Shown here: positions 38,449 through 48,794 of the stretch, one piece after another
Position numbering within the stretch: position 1 is the first letter of the stretch
How the letters are laid out: every line of letters begins with the position of its first letter
Origin: Promethearchaeota archaeon
GTDB lineage: Archaea; Asgardarchaeota; Lokiarchaeia; Sigyniarchaeales; SOKP01
Assembly (NCBI GenBank): GCA_048939995.1
Contig: JBHLOY010000004.1
Coordinates: forward strand, 128,001 to 192,000
DNA length: 64,000 nt
Direction: 5' to 3'
Notes under the pieces: generated by a model
Seen by the model: the letters and a program-made list of their open reading frames with translations, nothing else
Database searches by the model: none
What the model was told of the DNA's origin: nothing
Made by a program: the position numbers and the translations under genes

Positions 38449-39249
38449 TTAAAAGTACATCCTGATTGCTAAACCTATTAATACTATAGCAACAAAAAAC
38501 TGAAGATATACTTTTGGCATTTTTTTAGAAATTTTAGCTCCAATAATTGAGCCAAGAATTGCCCCAATCGCTATAATTAAACCTATTAAATAATTAATTT
38601 GCCCCAGAATACTTTTTATAATTGTATTATAGATAGCTGTAAGGAAAATAATAGATGTTGATATGGCTGTAGCATTATGAATTGGATATGCTAAAATAAT
38701 ATTAAGTACAGGTGTGTTTATGATTCCCCCTCCAATTCCTAGTAAATTAGCTGCAAATCCAGCCAATATAAATAACGGAATAGAGCTTTTAAGATTTGAT
38801 TTATATTCATGATCATTTAAAGAAAAATCTTGTTGAACTAGATCCTTTTTCTGTGAAGATCTATTAGTTTGGATTGCTTTATATATCATATTTCCTCCTG
38901 CAATGAGTAGAGTTGATGCAAATATCATTTTCAGAACCATATTATCAATTTGGATAAATAAAAAGAGTATGGTGCATAAAATACTCCCTAAAATAGAGAA
39001 TACAGCAAAAATTAATGAAAGTCTAATAGTTGTTCGTTTTTGTCTTAAATAGGTTATAAATCCTGCAGAAGATGACAATAAGATTACAAAGGTTGAGGTA
39101 TCAACAGCAATATTGATAGGAATTAGAAGTAATAAAGTAATAAATGTGACAAAAAACACCCCTCCACCAACACCGGCAATTACGCTAACGAATCCTGCTA
39201 AAAAGCCTAGGATTAATAAGAGGATAACTTGTAAAAAATCCATAAACAA
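38449..39249 (-). CDS. TSUP (TauE/SafE) family transporter
   Basis: AGVGGG and LGIGGG repeats, A..TS motifs; 8 TM. Confidence 0.9.
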   Translation of the reverse strand: MFMDFLQVILLLILGFLAGFVSVIAGVGGGVFFVTFITLLLLIPINIAVDTSTFVILLSSSAGFITYLRQKRTTIRLSLIFAVFSILGSILCTILFLFIQIDNMVLKMIFASTLLIAGGNMIYKAIQTNRSSQKKDLVQQDFSLNDHEYKSNLKSSIPLFILAGFAANLLGIGGGIINTPVLNIILAYPIHNATAISTSIIFLTAIYNTIIKSILGQINYLIGLIIAIGAILGSIIGAKISKKMPKVYLQFFVAIVLIGLAIRMYF

Positions 39250-39385
39250 ATAAATACCCGATTTATCATAAATCTTCTCAAAAGGTAAATAAAAGAAAAA
39301 ATTAAAAATTAAATTCTAAAAAAGTTACTAATTTAGTAAGAGTATAATCTTAGATTATAACCTAAAAAGATAGTTGTTTCAGTCT

Positions 39386-39778
39386 ATGCCCGATACCGAC
39401 GAAAATAAACTTGTCGTTAAACTTATTAAATGTTCTCGTTGCGGTAATCCTTTTATGATTAAAAAAGGAGAAAAAAGATCGGGTGAATTAATATGTGATA
39501 ATTGTATTAAGTTAGAACAAAGGAAGCGGCAATTATCGGATTCAATAATAGAATCTCAAAAGAAAATTGAAATTTCGATTGAGGAAATTAAAAATGAATT
39601 AAAATTAGCTAAATCATACTATAGAAAAGAATTCTTTAAAGAGAAGATTAAGGCTCAATCAGAAGCCCTGACTAAATCAGTCGAACTTCTACAAAAGATA
39701 AAAGAAACTAATGATGAAAAATATATTGAAGAATATAAGAAACTATTTGAGAAAATAAGAGAATCTTATCCAGACTAA
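39386..39778 (+). CDS. Zn-ribbon plus coiled-coil hypothetical protein
   Basis: CSRC...CDNC followed by a heptad K/E-rich region; ATG 39386 preferred over TTG 39374. Confidence 0.6.
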   Translation: MPDTDENKLVVKLIKCSRCGNPFMIKKGEKRSGELICDNCIKLEQRKRQLSDSIIESQKKIEISIEEIKNELKLAKSYYRKEFFKEKIKAQSEALTKSVELLQKIKETNDEKYIEEYKKLFEKIRESYPD

Positions 39779-40503
39779 ATTTTTTTTAGATAATAACAGA
39801 AAACTGGTATAAATAAGAAATAATTGCCTAAATCAATACTGGATCTTATTAGATTCAAATCAAATTGTTTTAAATTCAAAACCTCTTGAAAGAAGTCAAT
39901 TTCTTTATGCATGCTATCTTTGTCAATATTTGGAATCCATGGAAAACTAATACAGAGATGTTCAATAACTTTAAATTGATTTGAGAAAAATTGATTTAAT
40001 TTTCTTCCAACTGCAGGATCTGCTCCTAAATTTTTTAGGTTGTAAATTATTTCCATTCTTAAACTGGTATCAGGATGTTCAACTAAACCTCCAAAGTCGG
40101 GTTCCCCTAAAATTAAAAAAATGCCTTTATCCTCCAAGATTCTATAAATCTCTGAAAATGACTTTCGCAAATCCTTTATCCAGAGAAAGCTGAAATATGA
40201 TATAACTATATCGAAAGCTTTATCGTTGAATGTATTATTGGAAATATCCATAACCTCCAATATTGCTTTAATCATATTCTTTTCAAGATTGACCCTCGCA
40301 TATTCAATTTTAACTTCGTCATTATCTATACCATGTAATTTTAAACTATATTTAACTCCTATTTCTTTTAATAATTCTCCTGTACTGCATCCTATATGCA
40401 ATAAAGTATCTTTGTGTGAAAAAGTTGCCTTATTATACAAATTATCTCGCAATTCAGCTGTCCATTTTAGCTGTTCACTGAATCTTAAATCCCATTTCAT
40501 CAT
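39775..40503 (-). CDS. Class I SAM-dependent methyltransferase
   Basis: LHIGCSTG (motif I variant), GID, FDIV, EIYRIL..KG, EPD. Confidence 0.82.
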   Translation of the reverse strand: MMKWDLRFSEQLKWTAELRDNLYNKATFSHKDTLLHIGCSTGELLKEIGVKYSLKLHGIDNDEVKIEYARVNLEKNMIKAILEVMDISNNTFNDKAFDIVISYFSFLWIKDLRKSFSEIYRILEDKGIFLILGEPDFGGLVEHPDTSLRMEIIYNLKNLGADPAVGRKLNQFFSNQFKVIEHLCISFPWIPNIDKDSMHKEIDFFQEVLNLKQFDLNLIRSSIDLGNYFLFIPVFCYYLKKI

Positions 40504-40690
40504 TTCAATCTAAGAATTAAAAATATATAGTCTTAATTAAAAATATATCAAGTCTTCTATTTAAAAAGCTAGTCTATTGATACTTTAAAACAATTTTTAA
40601 TTTTTTTTAGTATTGTTTTTATAGAATCTACATTTCTAATTTAATTAAGTTGGATTTTTTTTAACAACCATAATATGCTAATTTTGGATT

Positions 40691-41101
40691 ATGCCTATAA
40701 ATCAAATTTCTGTATACCTTCCTAACAAACCTGGGCAACTTGCGGAATTTTTTGAGGCTTTAATGAACAATAAGATTTATATAAGGTCCTTAACAGTAGC
40801 TGAGACTGAAGAATACGGTTTGTTATTGCTTTTAGTGGATCAATTCGAAAAATGCGTTCGGCTTTTAGAAGATTCAGATATATTATTTTCGATTACTGAA
40901 GTTGTAGCTGTTAGAATTTCTGATAATATTTCAGCCCTCTATAAAATCGCTAAATTACTAGGAACGAATGATGTCAATATAGAATATCTTTATACGAGCA
41001 TAATTGATGATCAACCCTTAATCATTTTTAGATTAAATGATAATGAAAATGGTGCTGAAATTCTAAAGAAGAATGGTTATTCTGTAATTGAACATTTATA
41101 G
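40691..41101 (+). CDS. Tandem ACT-domain protein
   Basis: QISVYLPNKPGQL, VAETEEYG, NIEYLY. Confidence 0.85.
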   Translation: MPINQISVYLPNKPGQLAEFFEALMNNKIYIRSLTVAETEEYGLLLLLVDQFEKCVRLLEDSDILFSITEVVAVRISDNISALYKIAKLLGTNDVNIEYLYTSIIDDQPLIIFRLNDNENGAEILKKNGYSVIEHL

Positions 41102-41108
41102 AAATATT

Positions 41109-43640
41109 CTAAAAAAGATCATCATCTAACTCTTCATTTCCTTCGGGAAATCTTCCGAATTCCTGCATAAACTGTTGTAATAATTCACTTTCTCTCTTAG
41201 TGTACATTGGATCCTCTTCATAATTAAAATAACATGCCTTCTTATTAGCCTTTAATTGTTCTTCAATAGCTAAACGCAAATTAGGAGTTCCTTGTATTAA
41301 AATAATTTCTTTATTCTCATTTAAAACTTGAACTACACCTTCAATTTCAGGGATTGATTGAATATTTTCATTTGTGAACTCCACCCATTTTTGAGGGGGA
41401 AGCACTACAGGAGAAATATGAAACCGCAGATCACATCTTAAACATCTACTTGTTTCATTTAAAGCTAAAGTCTCGTCAAACCCTAATTCAATTTCATTAA
41501 AGGTATCATAGCGCTCTTTTAAGTCTAAAAGAGGCATCTTTTCTCGTGGTTTGTCATAAAAACTTTCATCACGACCCAAATTAGGGTTAGGAACACCCTG
41601 CTCAATAAATACATCTTCTATTTCACCAGTTCCTCCTAGATATTTATCAATTGAAGAAGCAGCTTTTTTTCCCATCGCGATTGCATCAACTACAGAGCTT
41701 GGACTCTCTATTACCTCTCCACCTGCAAAAATCCCAGAGATATTTGTTTGTAAAGTTTCTTTATTTACCTCAATCAAACCTGACGCTGTGATTTTAATTC
41801 GGTTATCACTCCCTAATAATCTTAAATCAGGGATTTGTCCTATTGCCAATATTATCATCTCAGTATTAACAGACTTTATATTATTATTATCAAAAATGGG
41901 ATCAAATGCATTATTATCATCATACACAGAATCGCAATGGATCAACTCAACTTCAGAAATTTTTCCTTCTTTTTCGACAATTCTTTTTGGCCCCCAAGAG
42001 CAATCAAGTATTATACCTTCATCGCACGCTTTTTGAATTTCCCATTCATGAGCAGGCATTTCTTCTCTACATTCTAAACAAGTTAATTGCACATTTTTAG
42101 CTCCTAGTCGTTTAGCAGTTAAAGCTACATCTATAGCTACATTTCCTCCACCAACAACAATAACATCATCATTTACGTTCACGTTTTCACCAAGATTAAC
42201 TCGTTTAAGAAAATCAAGGCCCCATAGTATATTAGGTAGATTTAAACCTTCAATATTTAATTTTTTAGTATTTTGGGCACCATTAGCTAAGAAAAGTGCA
42301 TCAAAACCCGCTTTTTTCAAATCTTCAAGAGATAGATGTTCTCCCACGACTTTATCTGTTTGAATTTCAATTCCTATGCTTAAGATGTGGTCAAAATCTT
42401 TTTGAAGAACAGATCGTGGTAAACGATATTCGGGAATACCCAAATTTAACATCCCTCCCAAATAAGAATTAGCTTCAAAAACAGTTACTGAATGCCCTAA
42501 TCTCCTTAAATAATATGCTGCTGTTAATCCAGATGGTCCCGAACCAACTACTGCTACTTTCTTATTAGTTGAAGGTTTAATAATTATTTTTGATCTCCAT
42601 ATTTCACCGTCATGATCCATTGCAAAACGTTTTAATGCACATATAGCAATTGCTTCATTAAGTTGGTTTCGACGGCATTCATTTTCACACTCATGAAAGC
42701 ACACCCTTCCAAGAACAGAGGGGAATGGTGTTTTTTCACGTATAACTGCCGCAGCTTCACTATAATTCTTCTCCGAAATTAATCTTATGTATCTTGGGAC
42801 ATCAATACCTAATGGACAAGCTTCTTTGCAGGGAACTAGTAGTTTTTCTCGTTCTGCCCAGAGGATATCCTTATCAGTAAGAGCTCCTGTAGGACAAATT
42901 TCTACACAAGCTCCGCAAAATTTACAACCAGATTCTTTAAGTGAAGGAGCAAGAGTCCCAACTATAGTTTCTCCATTTGAAAAAACAAAACCTAATGCTT
43001 CAACACCACGGAGATCACGACATACTCTGACACATCTAGTACACCCAATACATAACTCATAGTTTCTCATGAAAAGAGGCTCATTTTCTACAATGGGGCG
43101 ACCTTGGGGTCTATAACGAGGAGTATCTTCCCTAATTCCAATATATTCTGCAACTTTTTGTAATTCACATCGTCCTAAAATTGGACAACATCTTTCCTCA
43201 ATGGGAACGTTAGGAGAGCAAGGTTCGCGGCTGCAACCTTCACGTTGTGCACAAATTAAACAGGCATGAGGATGATTTGATATGATATTCATCAATTTTT
43301 CACGACGAAAAGCTTGGATATCTGGTGTGTCCGTTAAAATTATCATTCCTTCTTCTACTATTGTATTGCAGGATGTAACTAATCCTTCTGTTCCTTCTAT
43401 TTTTACTACACAAATTTGGCATCCTTGATGTTCTTGAGATTCGGAATTTTCAAATTTAATATCTCCTTGGAAAATTTCATTAGTTGGCTTTAAACCTATT
43501 AAAGGTGGCAAATCAGGGTAGGCACAGAGACTAGGAATATATAGACCTGAATTTAACGATACTTCTAATATATTACTTCCTTTCTTAGTCTCAATCTTAA
43601 TACCATTAATTGTTATTGATATAGTTTCCATGGTGAACAC
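41109..43640 (-). CDS. bzdV: BzdV-like Fe-S/FAD NAD(P)H:ferredoxin oxidoreductase (NuoG-like N-terminus + GltD/NfnB-like core + extra C-terminal domain)
   Basis: 2Fe-2S Cys, HPHAC..C, two CxxCxxCxxxC, PCKEACP, GRVCFHECE, VGSGPSG, GIPEYRLP, VGGGNVA, RCLRCD; next to bzdM/bzdQ. Confidence 0.75.
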   Translation of the reverse strand: MFTMETISITINGIKIETKKGSNILEVSLNSGLYIPSLCAYPDLPPLIGLKPTNEIFQGDIKFENSESQEHQGCQICVVKIEGTEGLVTSCNTIVEEGMIILTDTPDIQAFRREKLMNIISNHPHACLICAQREGCSREPCSPNVPIEERCCPILGRCELQKVAEYIGIREDTPRYRPQGRPIVENEPLFMRNYELCIGCTRCVRVCRDLRGVEALGFVFSNGETIVGTLAPSLKESGCKFCGACVEICPTGALTDKDILWAEREKLLVPCKEACPLGIDVPRYIRLISEKNYSEAAAVIREKTPFPSVLGRVCFHECENECRRNQLNEAIAICALKRFAMDHDGEIWRSKIIIKPSTNKKVAVVGSGPSGLTAAYYLRRLGHSVTVFEANSYLGGMLNLGIPEYRLPRSVLQKDFDHILSIGIEIQTDKVVGEHLSLEDLKKAGFDALFLANGAQNTKKLNIEGLNLPNILWGLDFLKRVNLGENVNVNDDVIVVGGGNVAIDVALTAKRLGAKNVQLTCLECREEMPAHEWEIQKACDEGIILDCSWGPKRIVEKEGKISEVELIHCDSVYDDNNAFDPIFDNNNIKSVNTEMIILAIGQIPDLRLLGSDNRIKITASGLIEVNKETLQTNISGIFAGGEVIESPSSVVDAIAMGKKAASSIDKYLGGTGEIEDVFIEQGVPNPNLGRDESFYDKPREKMPLLDLKERYDTFNEIELGFDETLALNETSRCLRCDLRFHISPVVLPPQKWVEFTNENIQSIPEIEGVVQVLNENKEIILIQGTPNLRLAIEEQLKANKKACYFNYEEDPMYTKRESELLQQFMQEFGRFPEGNEELDDDLF

Positions 43641-43733
43641 TCTCTAAATAAAATTAATCATATAATTAATTACTTTTTAGTAATTTGAAAAATATAGACA
43701 AGATTTAACCGTGAATTTACAAAACACAAAAAA

Positions 43734-44021
43734 TTACCAAGAGTGAAGAATTGCTTTTGGTTCACAAGCTTTCACACATGGCAATTCTTTTCTTTCACCA
43801 CGTTTACAAGGAGCACATGAATACTTTATTTTCTTGCGATGGTTTTCAGAAACTACTGCAATTATCTCATCACCTAGTGGATCCAACTCATTTTCACCCA
43901 TTTCAAGAACTCCTTCTGGACATGCATTAACACATTTTCCACATGAATTGCATAAATCTGTATCAATAGTTATAAAATATTCTCCTGAACCATCCTTGTA
44001 GCCATAATTCGCTTTTGTCAT
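43734..44021 (-). CDS. bzdM: Ferredoxin, benzoyl-CoA reductase-associated (BzdM-like)
   Basis: ANYGYKDGSGEYFITIDTD.CNSCGKC...CP and KKIKYSCAPCK...PCV.AC..AI.HSW; follows bzdQ. Confidence 0.82.
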   Translation of the reverse strand: MTKANYGYKDGSGEYFITIDTDLCNSCGKCVNACPEGVLEMGENELDPLGDEIIAVVSENHRKKIKYSCAPCKRGERKELPCVKACEPKAILHSW

Positions 44022-44037
44022 TTGATTGCCTCATACT

Positions 44038-44925
44038 TTAAGCTTTTTTTTGTTCTTTTTCAATTAAGGCTTTAGCAAATAAAGCGGCTCCAATTGCACC
44101 AGCAAGTTGAGGATCAATGTTTGGTTCGGGAGCTTTAAGTTTCAACTCATCTTCGATTCTTTTAACAACCCCAATATTTTTAGCAATTCCCCCTGTTATA
44201 GCAAATTTCTCTTCTATACCGAGTCGTAATAACAGAGTTACCACTCGATGTGCCATAGCTGAACAATATGCCGCTAACACTTTTTCTTTTGGCCAGCCTT
44301 TTCTAAGTAATCCCACAGCTTCTGATTTTGCGAATACAACGCATGTACTACTTACTGGTTCCGGTTCTTCATCAACTTCTAACGACATTTTCCCAACATC
44401 ATTAATGTGTACTTGAAGTAAATCTGCAAAAACTTCCATTCCTCTACCTGTTCCTGCTGCGCATTTATCATTCATGAGGAATGCAGTTACTTTCCCTCGA
44501 CTATCGCATCGTATCGCTTTACAATCCTGACCACCCATATCTAAGACCGTTCTGATCTCAGGACCATAGATAAAGTTTGCTCCTCTCGCGTGACAAGCTA
44601 TTTCTGTGATTGCTCTCTTTGCAAATGGAACATTTACACGACCATATCCAGTTCCTACAACGTATTGAATCTTATCTAAAGTTAGACCAGTAGCCTCAAG
44701 CGCCCATTCCATTGCATTTTTGGCACTATCTGGACTATTTGATCCAGTACGCATACTGGAATAACAATAAATTTCTCCATCTACCATTATAACAGCTTGA
44801 GTACTTACTGATCCAACATCTACTCCTGCTGAAATGATCTCGCCTTTTTCCCAATCTAAATCAGGATTTGTATACCTAGATTCAGTCCATCTCCAATATT
44901 CTTTTTCAGATTCTGCATTTGACAT
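44038..44925 (-). CDS. bzdQ: Benzoyl-CoA reductase bzd-type subunit Q (ASKHA ATPase)
   Basis: EYWRW.E, GVDVGSVSTQAV, GTGYGR, TEIACHARG, DMGGQDCK, MNDKCAAGTGR; ATG 44925 behind a GGAGG SD. Confidence 0.92.
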   Translation of the reverse strand: MSNAESEKEYWRWTESRYTNPDLDWEKGEIISAGVDVGSVSTQAVIMVDGEIYCYSSMRTGSNSPDSAKNAMEWALEATGLTLDKIQYVVGTGYGRVNVPFAKRAITEIACHARGANFIYGPEIRTVLDMGGQDCKAIRCDSRGKVTAFLMNDKCAAGTGRGMEVFADLLQVHINDVGKMSLEVDEEPEPVSSTCVVFAKSEAVGLLRKGWPKEKVLAAYCSAMAHRVVTLLLRLGIEEKFAITGGIAKNIGVVKRIEDELKLKAPEPNIDPQLAGAIGAALFAKALIEKEQKKA

Positions 44926-44929
44926 TATT

Positions 44930-45715
44930 TTAACCTCCAATTTTATCTTGAGCTACTAAAGCTGCTCCTAATGCACTTACATATTCTGGGGCTACACCAT
45001 CTTTAGGTACTAAGAGTTCAAAACCTAGGTTCTTATTCATTGCATCTACAAAACCAATATTATTAGCAACACCCCCTATCAATGCGACCTCTTTTTCAAT
45101 ACCAATTTGACGTACCATGCTTGTATTCCTATCAGCAATTGCATCATGAACTGCTCGAATTATATCTTCCTTTGAAGTTTTTTGATGAATCAATGATACG
45201 ACTTCAGATTCCGCAAAAATTGTACATTGAGCATTCATAGGTATTTGTTTTGTTGATTTTAAAGAAAGTTCTCCCATAAGTTTGATATCTACTTCTAGTG
45301 CTCTTGACATAGCTTCTATGAACGCTCCAGCTCCAGCAGCGCATTTCTCATTTATTCCAAAATCTTTAACTTTTCCATTTTCATCGATTTTTACAACTAA
45401 TCCTTCTTCCGCCCCAATATCAATAATAGTACGAGCTGAGGGGAATAAAAAGAAGGTACCACGACCATCACAGGTCACAGTTGTTAAACTATCATTTGCG
45501 AAAGAAATTGCTTCCATCCCAGCTCCAGTTACAGTAATATGTTTAATATCTTCGCGATTTATTCCTGCTTCTTTGATAGCATTATCTAAAGCCTGTTTTG
45601 CTGATTCTTCTTGATCAAATCCGCTTAAAACGGAAGCAGTTGATAAAACACTTTCTTCTTTTAAAAGAACAACTTTTGTATTTTTAGACCCACAATCTAT
45701 TCCTGCTGTTATCAT
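44930..45715 (-). CDS. bzdP: Benzoyl-CoA reductase bzd-type subunit P (ASKHA ATPase)
   Basis: MITAGIDCGS, DIGAEEG, NEKCAAGAG, NAQCTIFAESEVVS. Confidence 0.88.
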   Translation of the reverse strand: MITAGIDCGSKNTKVVLLKEESVLSTASVLSGFDQEESAKQALDNAIKEAGINREDIKHITVTGAGMEAISFANDSLTTVTCDGRGTFFLFPSARTIIDIGAEEGLVVKIDENGKVKDFGINEKCAAGAGAFIEAMSRALEVDIKLMGELSLKSTKQIPMNAQCTIFAESEVVSLIHQKTSKEDIIRAVHDAIADRNTSMVRQIGIEKEVALIGGVANNIGFVDAMNKNLGFELLVPKDGVAPEYVSALGAALVAQDKIGG

Positions 45716-45729
45716 ATCATCCCACTCTC

Positions 45730-46203
45730 TTAATTGTTTTTTAAATTTTTATTATAAATTGTTGTATTTATTTTAATAGGACTTAATCGATTTATAAAAA
45801 AGACTAATATTATATCAAAAATCATCAAAAAGGGTAGAGGAAAAATAATTGGATATAGATTTTCTCCTTGTGAATTAAGTATAAACATTGCTGGTAATGA
45901 TAATATTAAAGGAATCATCTCACTGATGAAACCAATTAAAATAAAACGCTTCATATTATATTTTCCAATAATCAATAAAAAGATCTCTACCAAAAAAATC
46001 ACTCTAAAAAAACAATAAAGTAAATAATACTGGAAAGCACTAAAAATTCTAATTGAATACCAAGCTGGACTTAATGGAATTTCCCATACCATTGAAATAA
46101 TAGAATTAGGTCCTGGACCTAGATCTATATGAAGACCAAAAGGAGTGAAGAAAACTACCAAAATTGCAAAAACCGCTATTATAAAAGATATGTAGCGTTT
46201 CAT
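45730..46203 (-). CDS. Hypothetical 4-TM membrane protein inside the bzdNOPQ operon
   Basis: Very hydrophobic 157-aa ORF on the operon strand, filling the bzdO-bzdP gap. Confidence 0.65.
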   Translation of the reverse strand: MKRYISFIIAVFAILVVFFTPFGLHIDLGPGPNSIISMVWEIPLSPAWYSIRIFSAFQYYLLYCFFRVIFLVEIFLLIIGKYNMKRFILIGFISEMIPLILSLPAMFILNSQGENLYPIIFPLPFLMIFDIILVFFINRLSPIKINTTIYNKNLKNN

Positions 46204-46229
46204 TGTAATCTTTTATATTAATTTTAATT

Positions 46230-47543
46230 TTATAAATTCATTTTTTCAATTCCTAGTGATTCCATAAAAGCATCAACACGCTTCATAGTTCGTTCAAGAT
46301 CGAACTCTCTTTCATCTCCCATGTTTCCTTCAAATGGCATTGTTGGAATTCCTGCCTTTTGAATTGCTAATCGATTTTCTGCAATTCCGAGGCTTAATCC
46401 CTCACATCCTCTATTAAAATGCAGAAAAACTCCGTCTAACTTCCATTCTTTTGCGATTCTTATCATCATATCAGATTTTAGTCTTGGATGATAAAAGTGT
46501 TGCCATTCTGGTTTACTTAAATTCCATTCAGCTAGAGCACGTAAAGCGTCGTCTCTATTTGTTAATTCAATATCTGGTATAGATCTTGGTCCCCACGTTC
46601 CGTCCTCTTTTACTTCCCATAGTCCAATAAGACCAAAAGTATAGAGACTTCCAACAGAAACGCAACCATATTGCTCTAAATATCTAAAAATTCTTAAAAA
46701 CGCCCAAGGTGGTTGAGTATCTGTCATAATACGGCATTGTTCATTCCCTACAGCAGCTATACCTCTTGCAACACGATCTTTTACTTCTGGATATAATTCC
46801 TTTTCATAAAAATCTGCCGTCCATTGGGCTGATTTTCTTAGGGTACCAAGAACATATAATGAATACATGGACTTCTCATCTAATGGAGCAGGTATCGCTT
46901 TATTAAGCTCACAAATTGCTGCCCAATAATGACATGAACGAAATTCATTTTGAACTGCTTTAATTAAAAGCTCATCGTCATAATCTCTTCCAGTTACTTG
47001 CTCCAGCCATTTTATACCATCGTGCATTTGTCCAACAATATAGTTTATCTTATGTTCAGTTAATTCTTCATATGGTCCTACGGATACATCAATGCTAAAC
47101 ATGGGAATTCCCCCCTCAAGGTCGCTTGCTACTTGATACCATTTAGCATGTGAACAACAAATATGATCTTGCCAAATAAAATCTGGTTTAGGGAATTCTT
47201 CTGAAAATTGGGGCCATGCATACTTGTTGAGTAAAATAGATCCCCAATAATTACGCATATAAGAACATAAATCCCTTGCAAAACCTTTCGCTTCAGTTGC
47301 TTCATGACATTCTAAAGCAAATTTATCATCGAATGCTACAGTTGCACCATAAGGTTCCCCAGTTAAAGAATAGACATCCTCTCCTAAACCAGCAGGAATC
47401 GCATCAAAAGACCATGCTCCTCCTACCCATCTGATCCCACCTTTATCATGAGCTTCAGCAAAATCTTTATAATAATTTTCTCTAAGAATTTTAGCTTTAT
47501 TCCAACACTTTAATGGTTCCGTTGGATATTTTGTTTCTTTCAT
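46230..47543 (-). CDS. bzdO: Benzoyl-CoA reductase bzd-type subunit O
   Basis: [58 protein letters not shown]. Confidence 0.92.
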   Translation of the reverse strand: MKETKYPTEPLKCWNKAKILRENYYKDFAEAHDKGGIRWVGGAWSFDAIPAGLGEDVYSLTGEPYGATVAFDDKFALECHEATEAKGFARDLCSYMRNYWGSILLNKYAWPQFSEEFPKPDFIWQDHICCSHAKWYQVASDLEGGIPMFSIDVSVGPYEELTEHKINYIVGQMHDGIKWLEQVTGRDYDDELLIKAVQNEFRSCHYWAAICELNKAIPAPLDEKSMYSLYVLGTLRKSAQWTADFYEKELYPEVKDRVARGIAAVGNEQCRIMTDTQPPWAFLRIFRYLEQYGCVSVGSLYTFGLIGLWEVKEDGTWGPRSIPDIELTNRDDALRALAEWNLSKPEWQHFYHPRLKSDMMIRIAKEWKLDGVFLHFNRGCEGLSLGIAENRLAIQKAGIPTMPFEGNMGDEREFDLERTMKRVDAFMESLGIEKMNL

Positions 47544-47561
47544 TTATATTCCTCCATTTTT

Positions 47562-48686
47562 TTAAAAAAGATCCTCTTCTCTAATAATTTCAAGAAATGC
47601 CTCAACACGAGTTTTAAACTGACCAATAGGTACAGTGACATCAAATTCAAGGAAAAGAGTTTGAATATTAAGGTCATTTTCTAAAGTTTCTTTGATTACT
47701 ACGGTATCAAGTTCATGAGGGTCGCAAAATTTCATTTGCATTATGATTGCTCCTTGGACATTATATTCTTTCGCTAATTGAAGAATACGATCTAGTCTTT
47801 TACGTTGAGGCCAATCCTTACTTGGACATGGTGTACGTTTCACATACCTTTCAGCAATTGAAACTAGTGGATTTCCATTGGTGTTTACCTCTGTATTAAA
47901 ATATCTAGTACCAGTGCAGTGATCATCAATAACAAATCTTGCACCTAAATCCTCCACCATTGCTACAAATTCAGTATCATCATCTTCAGATCCTAATATC
48001 ATTAAGCGCTCACCTGGCTCATTTAAGGTTCTTGATGGTAGTTTTTGCAAAAGTTCCTCTAATGCTTTATTATGTTCTCTTTTATCTACCATTTGTGAAG
48101 AAACCACCATATGCATTGCTTCAAGACCCGTTAAAGGAGGATTAGGATTTTTTCTAAATTCATATACTTGCTGCAATAGTTGTCTGTTCTTGTTCATTAT
48201 ATCAATTCCTCGTCGAATGTCATCATCTGTAATTTCTTTGCCTGTCCATTTTTCAACTGCTTTCTTAAATGATGTTAATTCTTCTGTTAGATAAGGAACT
48301 GCATGACTGCTTTGAACATTCATCGGGTGTGGTAGATAATATGAAAAATCCACTGGGATATGTAATTCCCAACTTGTGAAAGCTTGCCTAATATGGAGAC
48401 AGCTTTGTGCTATCATAATGCCATCAAGATAGTCATATCTCCCTTTTAATCCCTGCGCTAAACAATCCCTACAGAAAGGGCAAAACATTGCAAAAATATG
48501 CGGTTCAGAGACATCTTGTGGCTCATGACTTCCCAAAATTCTTACTGGTAAAATATCTGCTGCATAGAGAATTTCTTCGGGTACATATGTACAGAAATAT
48601 CCGATTACTTTTCCCCCAGTACGTTCTTTCCATTTTTTTGCATAATCATGACGTGATTCATACCAATCTTTAAACTGATCAAACAC
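47562..48686 (-). CDS. bzdN: Benzoyl-CoA reductase bzd-type subunit N
   Basis: RHDYAKKWKERTGGKV.GYFCTY.PEE, FCPFCRDCLAQGL, QSCLH, DDHCTG.RY, KFCDPH; GTG start with GGAGG SD. Confidence 0.92.
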   Translation of the reverse strand: MFDQFKDWYESRHDYAKKWKERTGGKVIGYFCTYVPEEILYAADILPVRILGSHEPQDVSEPHIFAMFCPFCRDCLAQGLKGRYDYLDGIMIAQSCLHIRQAFTSWELHIPVDFSYYLPHPMNVQSSHAVPYLTEELTSFKKAVEKWTGKEITDDDIRRGIDIMNKNRQLLQQVYEFRKNPNPPLTGLEAMHMVVSSQMVDKREHNKALEELLQKLPSRTLNEPGERLMILGSEDDDTEFVAMVEDLGARFVIDDHCTGTRYFNTEVNTNGNPLVSIAERYVKRTPCPSKDWPQRKRLDRILQLAKEYNVQGAIIMQMKFCDPHELDTVVIKETLENDLNIQTLFLEFDVTVPIGQFKTRVEAFLEIIREEDLF

Positions 48687-48794
48687 TTTTAATGCCTCCT
48701 ATTAGATGGAATCAAAAAACATTCTTATCATAAATATCCCCTTGATTCACATTATTTTTGAAAGTAAAAATTAAATTAAAAATTTTATTAACCT

